A stretch of 64,000 nt of DNA, from NCBI GenBank assembly GCA_964270895.1, contig OZ185450.1, one strand, 5' to 3'. Positions 36,559 to 50,560 of this stretch are shown one piece after another; position 1 is the first letter of the stretch; each line of letters starts with the position of its first letter. Under the pieces are notes generated by a model that made no database searches, had not been told where the DNA came from, and worked only from the letters and a program-made list of their open reading frames with translations. This stretch comes from Podarcis filfolensis (lineage: Eukaryota). Position numbers and translations under genes: made by a program.

Positions 36559-38976
36559 TTAATACCAAGTATGGCTGAAGCTGGAGGTGCTTCTGTATCT
36601 TCTCCCTCAAACATACACAAGCACACACACAAGCACACACAATCAACAACTGGGAACAAGGTTATTACAAGACAGGGTAGGAAATATAGCCCCCGACCTG
36701 ACTTATTGGAGTGACTAAGGGCCATAATTTTACCGACCAGTATCTGCAATGGTTAACAAACTATAACTAACATTACATTGCCACGCACACCTATGCAAGC
36801 ATCTTCTCTGCTGTAACATGGAAAACTTTACCACCAAACATAGCACAATATCAAGGGCAAGGGCATCCCAATTCAACACCACTGGTCAGTATAACCACTG
36901 GTCCTGGCATTGCCTAGTCAAAGCTGCCCAGGAGTTGGACAAAATGATTCCTATATGGGCAAGCGCCATACTTATGAAATGCTAGAGACCTTAGCAGTAC
37001 AATCCCATTTTGCTTGGGAAACTTCTTTGTTCAACATTCTAGGAGACAACAAGCATGATAAAATATATCCACCCATGTCAAAGGTGGGCAATACTGCCCA
37101 CATATAAGTAGTACCACTGATTGCAAATATGAATGCAAGATGCTTGTTTTACCCTTTCTGTATGAAACACAATAACTTGTGTTTGACTTTTATACCACTG
37201 AAGACAATCAGCGTTCAGCCAGAACATGCTTGTATTTATATGCATATCAAATATAAGAATTTATCTATTTTTCATGTATTAAGGTACAGTATTTGTTTTT
37301 TCTAAAATTTGGTATATTTGGTTGTACATTAGAGAAGTCTTACAAAGTATTAAGAGCCAACAACAAAATTAAATACACAACAATCCAAACATCTTTGACA
37401 ACAGAGTGGATTTAGGAGCCGATTATCAGAGCAACTTCATACATTAAAAAAGAAAGCAGAAGTAGAAATATCTCCCAAATACGTCTAAAAGGTAAAAGAA
37501 GGGGCTCTCCAGATCACGGTGGGGATGGTATTTTTCCATATCAAATTCAATGTTTTATGGCTAGTATTAACATAGCATTAGAAACTATTTTATTTGCCTG
37601 GAAATGAGGTACAGTATATGGTTAAGATACAGATTGTGACCATTTCACACGAGGGTTCTGTTCTACCCAACTCACAGTTACTGAAATAAACACAAACTGA
37701 AACACAGCTATCCATCAAAATTCACACTTCTCCAAATTTTGTGATGCAGCTCTCCCACCAAAAAATGTGTACAGCAATGCATTATATTACTGAAAGGTGC
37801 TTGCAAAACAATGCGTATTAGGAGAATGTGCACTGGAACGTAGATTAGCTTTTGTGAAGACTTTTTTAAAAAAACCTGGACACTGGCACAAAACTGCGGC
37901 AAACTGAACTTGAGATTGGAAAAATGAGAAACTGAAATAGACATATTTGTTCATCCCTAGATTATTGATTTTGGAGGTAGAGATGAGATAGATGATGCTT
38001 AAGGAAAGGATGCTACTTGCAGACTACCACCACCCTATCCTTGCAAATTAATAAGGCCAATGACCTGAAATGTTCAAGAGCATTACCACAGCTATTATTC
38101 AAATCTCATAGTCACTATCTGAGGGCAGACCCTCCACAAAAAAACTCGCCTTTAAGCTACAAATTCTGGAGAATATGAATTGGGTTGATGGTAAGCAATG
38201 TGGCCTGTCATCATTTAACTAAGAGCAGAGAGACTCTAGCATTCGTTTTGAAGTTAGAAGGGTTTAGCATGAACTCTTGCTTGCCAAGTCAGGCACCAGC
38301 TCAGCATAACACCAATTTCTGACAGTAGGATGTTCATGTTTTGCAGACACTATTAACACAGTCTGATCTCACCTACCCTCCTATTATGAGAATGACAAGA
38401 CAGCAGTGCTTCTCAAGCAAAGCTCACCTTCTCCATGAATAATCCCACTCTTCCAAAATGCATATTTGTAGCAATAGGCAGAATTCTTCCTCTCCCTGCA
38501 CTACACTTACTAAGGCTTTCAAATGGTGTATCGAAAACGAATAGTTATGCTTTGTGCCTGTGGTGGCACTCCCAATTATGCAACCCAAGCAGACTTTGAT
38601 TAGCAGCATGAACCTTTGAAGGCTATGACCAAATATATCAAATAGATCCAGGAAATGGGCATGAGAATGCTATGTTGAACCAGAGTCCCTTACAGTTATT
38701 TACCTTGTATACAGTCACTCATTCCCATTACACAATTATCACCACCCACTTCCAGAACAATCTAATTATACTTACCCACCTTGCTGCCAATGTGATAGAT
38801 TAAGCTGGGAGTCAGTGACTGGCCCAAGGTCACCCAGTGGGGATTTGAACCCTGGTCTCCCAGGTTCTAGTCCAGCATTAACTATTTCACCATTTCAGAG
38901 CCAGTAAATTTAGCCAATTTGCTAATTTTTCTCAAGGCTGATTCATTGTCTAGCACGTATGGCAACTCTTGTTGTA

Positions 38977-39216
38977 CAGTGGTACCTCTAGTTATGAACT
39001 TTATTCTTTCCGGAGGTCCATTCTTAACCTGAAACTGTTCTTAACTAGAGGCATGCTTTTGCTAATGGGGCCTCTTGCTGCCGCTGCACCGCTGGCACAC
39101 AATTTCCGTTCTCATCCTGGGGCAAAGCTCTCAACTCAAGGTGACTCTTCCAGGTTAGCGGAGTTTGTAACCTGAAGCATTTGTAACCTGAGGTGTTTGT
39201 AACTCGAGGTACCAGC
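38977..39216. mobile_element. Tc1/mariner MITE, copy A4, inverted relative to A1-A3
   Basis: TA-CAGTGGTACCTC... with internal gctaatggggcctcttgctgccgc, the reverse complement of the A1-A3 core; right TIR degenerate. Confidence 0.8.
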
Positions 39217-40423
39217 TAAGCAGTTACCAACCTGACCCATGACAACTGCTCTCATACCAACAAATAGCATCCCAACACTACTGTCTATAACAAGCGTTGA
39301 AAGCATATTGCTTGGTGCCAAACACTTTTAAGTTATGGAGAGGATCTCAGTAAAAAGAGTTGCTGCACAAAGATGGATCCATGAAATGTACCACAGCGTG
39401 ACTTGCAGTCTGGTTGGGGTCTTATCCTACAGTGTACTAGTCCAATTCTCAATTCCAGATCTTGATGTCATCAGTTCTGGAAACTACAGTTCACCTTATA
39501 ATCTGCCAACACAATGCTTTGCTTTATACAGTAATTGGGCATGGCCTCACAGAGCAACCTAGAAATGGAAAAGATCAGGGGTCTCCTCCTCAGAGTCACT
39601 GAATACCTACAGCAACCCGCACAAGTCTCTTAAAAGTCTGTAGTAATTGGATTCACAGCTTCTCTATCCCTGGGCATCCTGTTTCACTCTGTTTTTACTA
39701 TTACAGGTTTTCATAAGGTTCAGTTTACCGCTAATGATTCTGCACCTTAAAACCCATCTCATTCTGCCCTTCCATCAACTGTGGGGGAAAGGAGTGCTTC
39801 ATTCCTTCTTAGCCTTACAGATATTTAATGCCCTCTCCCACACACCTACATCTTGCCGCAGATCTTTCCTAAGCAAGAAGACTCCAGTCTTCGGTCTCTT
39901 CACTTGACTTGTGCCCTCTGACCTTTGCTATCGTTTAACTTTCCTATAAACACTCTTCTAGCTTTTTTATTTGCTACATCAAAACTGGACACTGAAATGA
40001 TGGCTCTTTAATCCTGCACAGAGCTCTAAAAATTATTTCCCGAGCCTTTGGTGCAAGATCTATGCCAATTCAAAACAGAACAAAGTTTAAGCAAACCTTG
40101 CAGCAGAATCACTTTTGCTGACTTCACACTGGAACCCAGTATCTTCATTTACAGCAAGCAGCTCAATATGCCACAGACATGTTGCACAAAGGTACAGCTT
40201 CATTTCTAGCAAATACAAAGTGTTTTGTAAGATTTCCATATACACACTTTGGGAAGCTGTAATCCATTCAGGGCTCCTAAGAATATATATACTGGTAGTT
40301 AAGCACAGCATTCCCACTGTTTATCTTGATGTTGGAAAGATCAGGCCACAGCCAACTCAACTGTCATGCAGCTAAGGTTACACCTTAGTATTATGGATGG
40401 TGGGGTCTTATCAAAAGGCTTAC

Positions 40424-40453
40424 GTGAGCTTCTCCATCACTCCACACAATAAA
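40424..40453 (-). CDS. Candidate 30-nt symmetric exon (FIVWSDGEAH or LLCGVMEKL, frame unresolved)
   Basis: Very strong acceptor gttttctcttttctctttag| and donor CAC|gtaagc; length divisible by 3; two frames open. Confidence 0.4.
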
Positions 40454-41464
40454 CTAAAGAGAAAAGAGAAAACATTCCAACAAGTTGAGGAAAATCATCT
40501 GCAATGCTTAGCATACAATGTTTTTCCCCAGCATTTATATTAACTCCTGTTTTCTAATACTTATACTTAATTTTTGATTAATGGAAAAGGATACACATCA
40601 GCAAGATATACTGTGGATATCAACGATCTGCATGTATGCCAAGATATGTAGTGGAAGAATCACAGTATTGCCACAATCTGGTATGTGAGAGCAAGTGTAG
40701 GCATAACGGCTGACATTTCCTGTTGACTCTGAATTAGAGCATCTTCTAATGAAGCTCACTTCAAAATCATTTTAAATCCATTTACTCATGTCAACATCAA
40801 TGTACTCAGCATTAGCTACCAATTAGTAAACCGGAAAATATTCTTCAGATAATCTGAAATCGTGGTAAAATAGTCAACATGTCATTCGTTTACAACAAAC
40901 TGCCCTATAAAACCAAATTACTGGAACCAGCTGTCACACACCAACACATCTAAGGGTGCAGAGCTATTTAAGCCTTTTTTCCCTCCAGAAAATGTTCCAA
41001 TACCTGACGGTGGCTGAGTTGATTAATATTTTGAAGTGCAGACTGCTTTATCTGCTCTCACTCTATGCAACAAACCAGCCACCGCGTCTTTATTGATGTA
41101 CGAGGTAATGAGGAGCAGTTGTAAGGATTTTTAAATCATTAGTTCAACCTAAGCACGATACAAGGGCCTAGCAAATTCTGCATATCAAGCTGTTCAAGCT
41201 TAAGGTTTGTATAAATGTCACAAGCAACACAGATTCTTATTAAGATTCCACAGGATTTAAAGTTTGCATTTTTAGAGAAGCCAATAAAATCTTCATCCTC
41301 GACTCCCAAATGCTTATCAAGACTATCTTTAAAACATGGTTGGTCTGTGTCAAGGTGGAGGAAACCATAAGAACATACAAAAAGATGCCTCTAAATTCTT
41401 ACACTTTTCTTTTCAAATATGTGAGGCCTGCAATGCTGGTGACCTTGGAAAGGCAGGTTTGGGA

Positions 41465-41468
<4 letters not shown>

Positions 41469-41515
<47 letters not shown>
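41469..41515. repeat. (TG)n microsatellite
   Basis: Read directly. Confidence 0.95.
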
Positions 41516-41519
<4 letters not shown>

Positions 41520-41665
41520 ATGCGTACTATGCAGAGTTATGAAATTCAGTGCCACAGGTTGCAGTGATAGACACAACCTTAGATGGGTTTCAAAAGGGGA
41601 TTAAGACAAACTCAGATGTCAAGGATTAAGACAAACTCAGATGTCAAGGAGATAAAGAACTACAC
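41515..41665 (+). mobile_element. CR1 3' fragment containing a 25-bp tandem duplication
   Basis: atgaaattcagtgccacagg...acaaccttagatgggtttcaaaagggg matches the CR1 3' end. Confidence 0.55.
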
Positions 41666-41795
41666 AACTTTTAGAAGACATCTGGAGGCAGCCCTGTATT
41701 AGGTAGTTTTTAATGTCTGATGTATTATTCTGTTTTTATTTTATTCTCGGGAAACCCAGCCAGATGGGCTAGGGTATAAATAATATAAATTAGTA

Positions 41796-41955
41796 CAGTG
41801 GTACCTCCGGTTGCGGACGGGATCCGCTTCTTTGCACGCATGCATGCATGGCGGTAGAGCGCTTCTGCGCATGCGCGCACAGCAAAAACCCGGAAATATA
41901 CTTCCAGGTTTGCCATTTATGTAACCGGAGGGCTACATAAGCAGAGGTACGACTG
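41796..41955. mobile_element. Short Tc1/mariner MITE (GCGCATGCGC-containing) next to an L2-type tail
   Basis: TA-CAGTGGTACCTC...GAGGTACGACTG-TA; preceded by gggaaacccagccagatgggctagggtataaataat. Confidence 0.8.
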
Positions 41956-42309
41956 TAGTAGTAGTAGTAGTAATATGTCTGGTAGTGACTATAAGCCACA
42001 ATGTCTTATTGGTACATCCTGGTACATCCTGGCTCTGAGGTCTTACAATCTGATCAGACAACACTCTCCAAAAGCTACTTCATACAATTTAGAACAAAGG
42101 AATGAACCCAAATGAGACCCTAGCCCAAACGTCCCAAGAAAAGGTGTGTCACTTCCTAAGGTAAGGTATGCCATGAAAGCTATACACCTCCACCCTTCGG
42201 TCATAACAATGCCCTGACCACTAAAGCATGCGACACAAGGAGGAATGACCATGCCCAAGTTGCCTCCAGAATTAAAGCGGTGTATGCTGTAATAAGTGTA
42301 TTTAGGCTA

Positions 42310-42830
42310 CTACTACTTACTTCGCCAAACCTTTATTGGGCATTACAGATACAGGCCATCATAAAACATCCATATATAAAAAATTTAAATATATGCAAAT
42401 AAACAGCCATGTAAAATATGTAATAACCAGGTTTTTCATTGGAATTTCTTCCCGTTAAATAGTGCCATTCGCCACTCTAAGAAATACTATTGACAAAAAC
42501 TCAGCCCCCCTTGCAGTTACTTCCGGGTTAATGTCAGACAGATAGAATCTGATATTTGCATAATGCCGTGATGTTAGACTATCCAAAGGGGGGGACAGCA
42601 CGCGTTTGCATAGCTGGTTGTACAATGGACAACAGAAAAGAATATGTTCTACAGTGTCCGGCACATTCAAAGAACACCCACAATGTCTATCATTTCTAGG
42701 AATATTTGACTATCTGCCCTTGACAAAAGCTGAGGGGAAAATGTGTGTATTTAGGTGTGTAGCTCTTGCCTCTGCTTGGACCACAACAAAACCATCCCAT
42801 GTCAAAAGCACAGTGCAATCTCTGAAACCA
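42310..42830 (-). mobile_element. Non-LTR retrotransposon 3' fragment, clade unresolved
   Basis: Minus-strand DTVEHILFCCPLYNQL resembles the C-terminal E..EH.L..C..Y knuckle of several LINE clades; followed by an aataaaggtttgg tail. Confidence 0.6.
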
Positions 42831-44375
42831 AGGAGCCACAAGGTGTGGGAAAGATCCTAACGCTTCCTGATCAGAGTTTGAGTATAACACATACAGCACA
42901 ATAACCACAACATTTCAGTTGATAGTTGGGGGGAATACAAGTTTACATATTTTAAAAAATCATTCCCTGCAAATAGAAAACTAGCCTATAACCCAGCCTT
43001 TTATCTCTAGTTTTGTTTTCCTTTTGATAAGGAGCTCTTGATGTATAGTAGCATTTAAAATGCTGTTCCTCCCACCTGCAGTCTGAAGAGGCACATTCAC
43101 AAACAATGCAATTCATTTTTTGGAACTGGTAAGGTTCATTCCTTGCATACTTCTGGTTAAGCAGACTGCCCCAACATGCACCTATGGGTAGGGAGAGCAT
43201 TCAAGAGAGAAATATTGGTTGAGCACTCAGCCCCTCCATGTCTCCATGTATAATTCTCCTCTCCAATTCTGTTCAATGCTTTTAAGTGCATCAACTACAA
43301 ATATTATTATTTGTCCTCCCCACAAATCAATTTGAATAATCCCGCTATTTAAATAAGGCAATATTTCAAGAGCAGTCTGCCACTTAAGACCCTTTCAGCA
43401 TTTTTTCACTTTAATGCACTGGTTATAAATAAACTACATCAGAAGGCATTCCAGGGATTTATTTTTCCTTAAAAAAAATGTTTTCTGATTATGAAAGACT
43501 GTTTTGAAGGTCTTTTCCCCCCAATGCATACATTTATCATTTTCAGTTCTCTACTAGTGGGAGCATGTTTAATTCTTTAGCAGATGCTGCCAAATTAAGC
43601 TTCAGCCAGAGAGTACTTCTGTATTTGCTTTATCAGATTTTAAAACTCTAAAGCCTAACGCTAAAAAACTATATGAGAGTGTCACATTTCTCCATTTCAA
43701 AAATTATTTGGATACACATTAATCATGCAACAACACACTTCATAAACCGAAACAGTCAACAAATTGCAGTGCCTTCCTTTGATCACCCATGCATCAGGTA
43801 TAAAAATAGTAGACTCATTCATATATAAAGAATTATAGAGTTGTAGAGTTTTGCTGGGCTTTGCATTGCCCGCTTGTACCCTTTGATTGAAAATAATAAT
43901 AATAATCTTAAATTCTACAAGGAGGTAACCCAAGCTCCTGACTACATTATGCAACTCCGTAATCACTGGTGTCTTGCTGTCACTCCTCAGCTTCTGAGAT
44001 TACCAGGCACTGTTCACATACTTTCATGTATACTCTTTGTAACCAACAAAGGCTGGGTTTTTATTTTTTTTAAGATGAAAGTTGGCATTCTTACGAAGCC
44101 AAATTATGTGCTCCATACGAATTTCTATGTTTGCACAGAACAACTTGCACAAAATGACTGTTAGACAAAATGTCTGTGGTATATATCATTTTAATGATCA
44201 TTTTGTACTGTTTTCATCGTGTTTTATACTTGTATGCACTGTTATGTTGTATACATCACTGTTCCACACTTCCATGTTACATTGTATGAATTGGAGGCAT
44301 TAAATAGTTTTTTAAAAATAAATAAAATATGCACTAATGAATCCTGTGAATGACATCTATTTGATACATAAGAAA

Positions 44376-44378
<3 letters not shown>

Positions 44379-44444
<66 letters not shown>
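44379..44444. repeat. Compound (TC)n(AC)n microsatellite
   Basis: Read directly. Confidence 0.95.
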
Positions 44445-44446
<2 letters not shown>

Positions 44447-44524
44447 CAGAATTTGTTTAGGTGGAATGCAAATGTAATACATATATGCCTCATATCTCTT
44501 GAGGCCAGGATGCCTAAAGAGCAT

Positions 44525-44730
44525 CTCCTCACAGGAGAGAAGGCTATCAAAGGCTGCTAGCCATGATGGAGGCTAGGTTCCACCTTCACGGTCAGTGGCA
44601 GTATGCTTCTGAACACCAGATGCTGAAAACCACAGCAAAGCAGAGTGTTCTTTGCTCAAGCCCTGCTTGAGCTGGCTTTCCATGGGCATCTGGGTGGACA
44701 CTGTGAGAAGAGGATTCTCTGTGCATGCTC
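44525..44730 (+). mobile_element. CR1 3' UTR fragment
   Basis: ggctatcaaaggctgctagccatgatgg...tgcttctgaacaccagatgctgaaaacc...ggcatctgggtggacactgtgagaagagg. Confidence 0.65.
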
Positions 44731-46177
44731 TTATGAAAACCAGTTTAGCACCTCTCGCTAAATGATAGACAAGGAGAAGCTTAGCACATTCACCAAGATG
44801 ATGCACTTCATAATTCCAAACATGTTCCCATTTAACAACAAAGTTTTTCAAACTACTGGCACTTCCCTATAACATTAACATCCTTTGTCCAGACTCTGGT
44901 CTAATTTTCTGCAGAGCCCCATCTCTAGATGTCCCTCATTGCTCGTGCCTAACAGCGTATTTAAAACTTTGTTTTATAATCAGGCTTTTGAGCCCTCCTA
45001 AATATTTTGGCAGCTTTGCATTATCTGTTTTTGTTTTATATTAATTATTATTATTAACTGTTTTTATTATATGCAACGCTTGTCTCCTTAAGGAGAGACT
45101 GGGATACAAATGCTTTTATTATTCCCTTTCATTCTTCTTCAAAATGCTTATGAAACAGAAGCCAAGAGGCAAAAAGCAGGTCAAACCACTCAAGAATGTG
45201 GTATCAAGACTTTTGTTGTCCTCAAATCCATCTGTCTGCTGAATTCTCCCACTGAGCCACAGAGTGCGCTCCAAGCATCTGTCCTTGGTGGCACATTAAG
45301 CAGACAACCAGGAGGACACCTCATTGCAATTCCCCTTATAAAAATAACAATCATGCAACCAAGACAAATAGTTATACGCATCTGCTTTAGAGAACAGTGG
45401 ACCATCAATATTGGGTACTTTTAATTCCAATGAGAGAAGAAATAGAATTTAAGTCTGTGGAAGGAAAAAACACCAAGACACTTTGAAAATAAGCCTTGAG
45501 GATTAGATATTCATTACCTTTTTCGTACCAGCACTGAATTCATTCCTTTAAGCATAGTAGATACACTTCTTGCTTCAGATCACACATCTGTTGACTATGC
45601 AATCACATTTCAGTAGGTCAAGGTTGGTTAAGAGAACTTGATCTGGTGCCGCAACACTGAATTTTCACCCATGTGCAGTGCATTTGATAGGACCCCTCTA
45701 AATGGAATACAAGATGAGGTGTCATGCTTGAGCTGCCCAGCCTTCCTCAGGTAGCTGCATCGCAGTTCCATGGTCTACCAATGTAGGCAGAAAGTTCAAT
45801 AGCATGCCCTTCTGGAAGTGTATACCAAGCAAATTATCAGGGAAGATAGGAGTTGTAGTCCAGCAATTACTAGAGAGCCACAGGCTCATCCCACCCTGTG
45901 GGCAGACTACAGCTAATAACTTTCTTTGGTACGGCTCTTAAACGGATAGCTACACATTTCCACCAGCACAACTCCCCTTGCTTCACCATCTGCCCTACTG
46001 CCAGTAATATACGTAGCAGCTTAGACCTGAAAACCAGGATTTTTTAATGGAAAAACACTTGAGCCAGCCACTGCCCATATTCCCTTCAAGACCTTGTTTT
46101 TGGCAAGCAAAAAGTAAGCAAGATTTGAGGGAAGGCTTAAATGGCCTTACAAAGTAAAGAAGGGGACAAACACTCAC

Positions 46178-46209
46178 TTCTCCCCTGTCAAAGATATTCC
46201 ACTGGGAAC
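46178..46209 (-). CDS. Candidate 32-nt exon (SQWNIFDRGE or VPSGISLTGE)
   Basis: Acceptor with T tract ending ctaag|, donor GAA|gtgagtg. Both open frames are phase-compatible with the 40424-40453 candidate. Confidence 0.25.
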
Positions 46210-47314
46210 CTTAGAAAAAAGCTTAATTCCATTCACCTCCTTGCCCACTTTGAAAGTAGCATTCATTTGCTGTTTTCTTTGGGCTGGAATTAAAATCCTA
46301 CTAATTAAACAAGCCACAAGATCTAAATCCTGATAGGACAGACCAATCTAATTAAAAGCTATTCAAAAAGATGGTATTTTACATATCCGGAAGAAAGAAA
46401 CCTAACCTTTCAAATTGGATTGCACTGAAGTAATGTGATCTATTAACATCTCAAATTATAGTATGCAAATTTTGATAATTCAATGGTATTTATAAGATTC
46501 AAATCGAGTAGCTCACCAGTACTGTACACACACTAAAATGGCAAATTTCAAGAGACTAAGGAAATTTGTTCATAAGCCACGCAGTCCCATGAAATGCCAT
46601 ATCTATCATCAACTTTTTAATTACCAATTGATCAGCATGTAGACGGTGTAATAGCTTTCAGCTTTTAATTACAGAACTATCAAAATCCCAACCAAAAAAG
46701 GGATCTCCAGAGATGAAACTGTAATGCTTGATTATTCATCACTGCATAATGAATGATTTGTTTTTAAATAAGATGTCAAGTTCCTTATGTAATCCATCTG
46801 GATGTGTTACTTCACAGGGCCCAATTTACCAATACGTCTTGAGTATCAAGACTCCTTTTTTTTCTTTTCTCCAGTTGTGACTGAAAGTTTTGGAGAAGAT
46901 TTAGACATCATTCCAAGACAGTGAAATCATTATAAGCCAAACAAACTACAGCCCTTTGTTATGAATTCAAAAAGAGCATATCAATGTTTCCAGAAAAAAA
47001 TCAGTCCGCGGATTATCAATATCCACAATTTGGAAGGGTTTGTCATATATTTGTGATCCCCACTTGAATAACCGCCTGGAATGGTACTGGGTTTCATGGA
47101 GTTAATCTAATGTAATGGAGTTAATCTAATGTAAAGCATGCGTTGAAGAAGGGTTGGTGGAGTTAAAAAGCTGACAGAAGTATCAAGAGCATTTGGAAGT
47201 GGAAAGTAAGGACCCTGGATTTTGATCAGATCTGAACTGACTAAATTAATGGGTGGCTAAATAAAGAAATAGCGCAGCTAGCAATTGACTATAAGATTAT
47301 AATTCCCAATTGTC

Positions 47315-47470
47315 ATAAGAACATAAGAGGAGCCATGCTAAATCAAACCAACCAGGTGCCCATTTGAAGCGTATCAACAGGACATGAGCACAACAGCAAG
47401 TCCCGAGCAACTAGCATTCAGAGGCATACTGCACCTGATTCTGGAGATATCAGTTTCACCAACTATAAGC
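47315..47470 (-). mobile_element. CR1 3' tail remnant
   Basis: ataagaacataagaggagcc...actagcattcagaggcatactg is the reverse of the CR1 tail. Confidence 0.55.
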
Positions 47471-50356
47471 TCAGGGTCAGCTCCACTGTTATGCAGAGTG
47501 AAGTGGTTGCCTCAGGTGGAAGATTCTGGGGAAGGGAGAGTGGGACTGATGTGTACATGCCAAGGACATATTACCTGCCCACCAAACTAGTCTATTGTCC
47601 TCAGATGGGGTGGACAACTCTGTCCTGTTGCTTGTGTTAAATAAAGATTTAACAGCCAGCCTGGCTGGTTTCTGCAAATGGAAGTAAGAGGCGGCACCAT
47701 CTTAGCCTCAGGCAGCCAAATGCCTTGGGCTGGCCTTGCGCAAGCACTAACAACATCCAGCTACAAGCTCTCCACATTAAGCACCATATTGTATATATTT
47801 CCAAAATGCATATCCTGTCCTTCAACAGCCAATGAATCTGTTTCCATTGCATGCTAATATAAACAATTGAGCACATGAATGCAGGTGGGGTGGGGTGGGG
47901 TGGGGTGGAGATAACAAACTGCTAAGCCTATAGCATGAACAGCACAAGGATATGAGATGGAAAAGATTCCTCAATACACTTAAAATCAGTGTGTGGGAAG
48001 GCACAAAGACATTGATGCAAGCAGTTCTTGAAAAGTGCACTGACCTGCGAGATCAAACATACGGAAAGGTCTACTTTTATCACTATGCTAAACTGAGCAA
48101 ACAGCAATTTATGCATTGTACCTTAAAGCTTGCCTTCCACAAACACATTTTCCCTCTGAAAAATAGGAGCAAGTCACTTCCCCAGCTCTTTCTAAATCCC
48201 ACGTTGTAATTCAAGTAAATTTAATGTGCACATATTTGAAAAGTGATGGGTGTCACTAATACCCCATTTTTCAGATTTTATTAAGCTGGCAAAAAGACAG
48301 AACTGGGTGAATTCATTCAGATGGCCTTGGTCAAGGTCCCCTTCCTCAGCCTCAGGTTCCCATTTGCAAAACAAGAGAAGTGGATGATCTTGTCATGCAA
48401 GAACAGCTACTGAAGAGTTGTTTGCCACACCTTTGTCCTCAGGATATAGTTTTCCATAAGCCAAAGTGAAAAGGAAGTGCCACATTGTTCATCAGACACG
48501 GCTGTGGTGTTAATTAATGAATATAGCGAGATTTTGAAGAAGCATGGGTGCTGGGCTGGCTTGCAAGTCTAGGTAGGCCTCAATGACTACTCCCTGAAGA
48601 TAAAAGGACCAATGCTTCTTGCCTTCAGGTTCAATTTAAATACTTTTGTATTAGCAACCAACCCCTTTTAAAGCTGCCATGTGAAGGTGACGACAAATAA
48701 CTTCACTATGGGAAATCCTTTAAGTACAGAACAAGATCAATTAACAGATATACAAATAAAGGAGTGTCTTATGGCACAGGTGATTACAATGAATAATCAT
48801 AGACTAGAAAGTGGATTTTAGCAGCAGCAGCCCCCAAGTGTGTGTTTTTTTTCATCATAGCTGTAAACATTTTTATCCACCTGTTAGTTCTTTTCATTGG
48901 TTTCCCAAAACAGATACTTTCGCCTACATGAAACTGCATCCTTCATCAAATACCTTCAAATATAAGTTAGCATGAACTACTCTGCTGTATTCTAATAAGT
49001 TAATACAGGTAATCTACAAAATAAAGCTTTGAAAATCAGTTGGTGCAGCATGATATCAATGGCCACTCTAGTTTAAGGAGTCCGCAGTACAGAATACAGG
49101 TGCTGCTGCAACTCCTTACTGATAAAACTGCTGGGTGCGCCAAAGACACTGCCCTTTCCTTTGGAATTAGAGTGCCTCAGAGGAAAAGTAGCACCATTTC
49201 TAAAATCCCAAACCATTTTCTTAACATCTCTGTTTCACCCTTGATATGCCTCTGCAAGGGCAGTGCAAAAATTGACTTAATTTGACACCTGAAACGCAGC
49301 ACTGTGAGAAACACTTTCACATGTATCCTTCCTTCAGCCAATCTCCCTCAATAAATTCCACCCCATCAGAATACTTCTTTCTTATTTGTATTCTGGTTTT
49401 ACGCCGCATTGCAAAGTTAAGAAATAACATTCATTTTATCCTTTTAAGACTGGGGGGACAGGAAGCCTTCAGAAGCCTGCTTAAATTGTGGTTTAACTCC
49501 CCGCCCCCCCCCACCTCTCCCTCTATTTTAGCTCCAGCACTTTTTTTCTTGCATATAGTAATACAACCTCAAATAACCACAAGAAGATTATATCAACTCC
49601 ACATAGGAGGAATTGAACAAGTTCCATCCATGTCAAATACAAACCATTGATCAGATATACCTGCAAGCCTTTCCCTGTAACCAGTGTTGGGTATATGACA
49701 AGCTGCCTGTACTTTTAGGGAAGTTCTTGCACCAGAAGTGTATAAAACTCTGCTTGTTTGGATAGGGTCTTGGTCAGATTCTGGTTCTGGCATGAACCAC
49801 AAGAATCCTGACCTTTAACGCTAAAATAAATCTGTATTATTGCATCCTCCTTGTGTGTCTGGCTCCCTTCCTCTAGGGGTTGGGACCTCCATCCAAGGGA
49901 AGAACTGTCAGGGCAATATTTTTGCAACACCAGCTTGAAGCAAAAGGTTGTGTACCTAGTAAGCAAGGGGAAGAAAACTTGTTTAACTGCCCCCACTACA
50001 AGGCTGTTAGTAGCACACACATTTCTCATTGCATTAACAGGTTTAAACTTAATAAGATTCCATTTACACAAGAAGGAACACGAATGGGAGATTCATTATG
50101 CATTTGTGCATTCAGAACTCTCCTGGGGTGATTTAAAAGCTGCATCATTGGTTCAGCAATAAGTCCTCCATTTTATTATGCTCAAACCATATTTCTCTGC
50201 AACAGTAAATGAGTTGCCGGCAAGAATTTGTCAGCTCTGTCCCCAGCAATGAAGCTGCTTTCAATTATCAACACTGTCTCATTGCACAAAGTCAAAGGGA
50301 TTCATCTTTCTGTGGTCCAGCATCACCTCTATGTGGCAGCTGTACAAAGGACTTTA

Positions 50357-50560
50357 AGAACATAAGAGCTGTGCTTGTTTAGGATGTGATACATTGCTTT
50401 GCTTCTGTCACAAAAGAAACAAATTTATTTTTTAAAATAAAAGTAAAAAAAGAAGAGCCCTGCAGGATCAAGCCAAAGGCTGTTCAAGTCCTGTATTCTG
50501 TTCTCAGTGGCAACCAGATGCCTCCATGTAGCCCACAAGCAGCACCTGATGGGGTTGTCT
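50357..50560 (-). mobile_element. CR1 3' tail remnant
   Basis: aagaacataagag...aagagccctgcaggatcaagcc...ctgttctcagtggcaaccagatgcc. Confidence 0.55.

Noticed and set aside
36426-36749. KQAS/LACL/THTH-repeat ORFs
   Set aside because: Translation of microsatellites.
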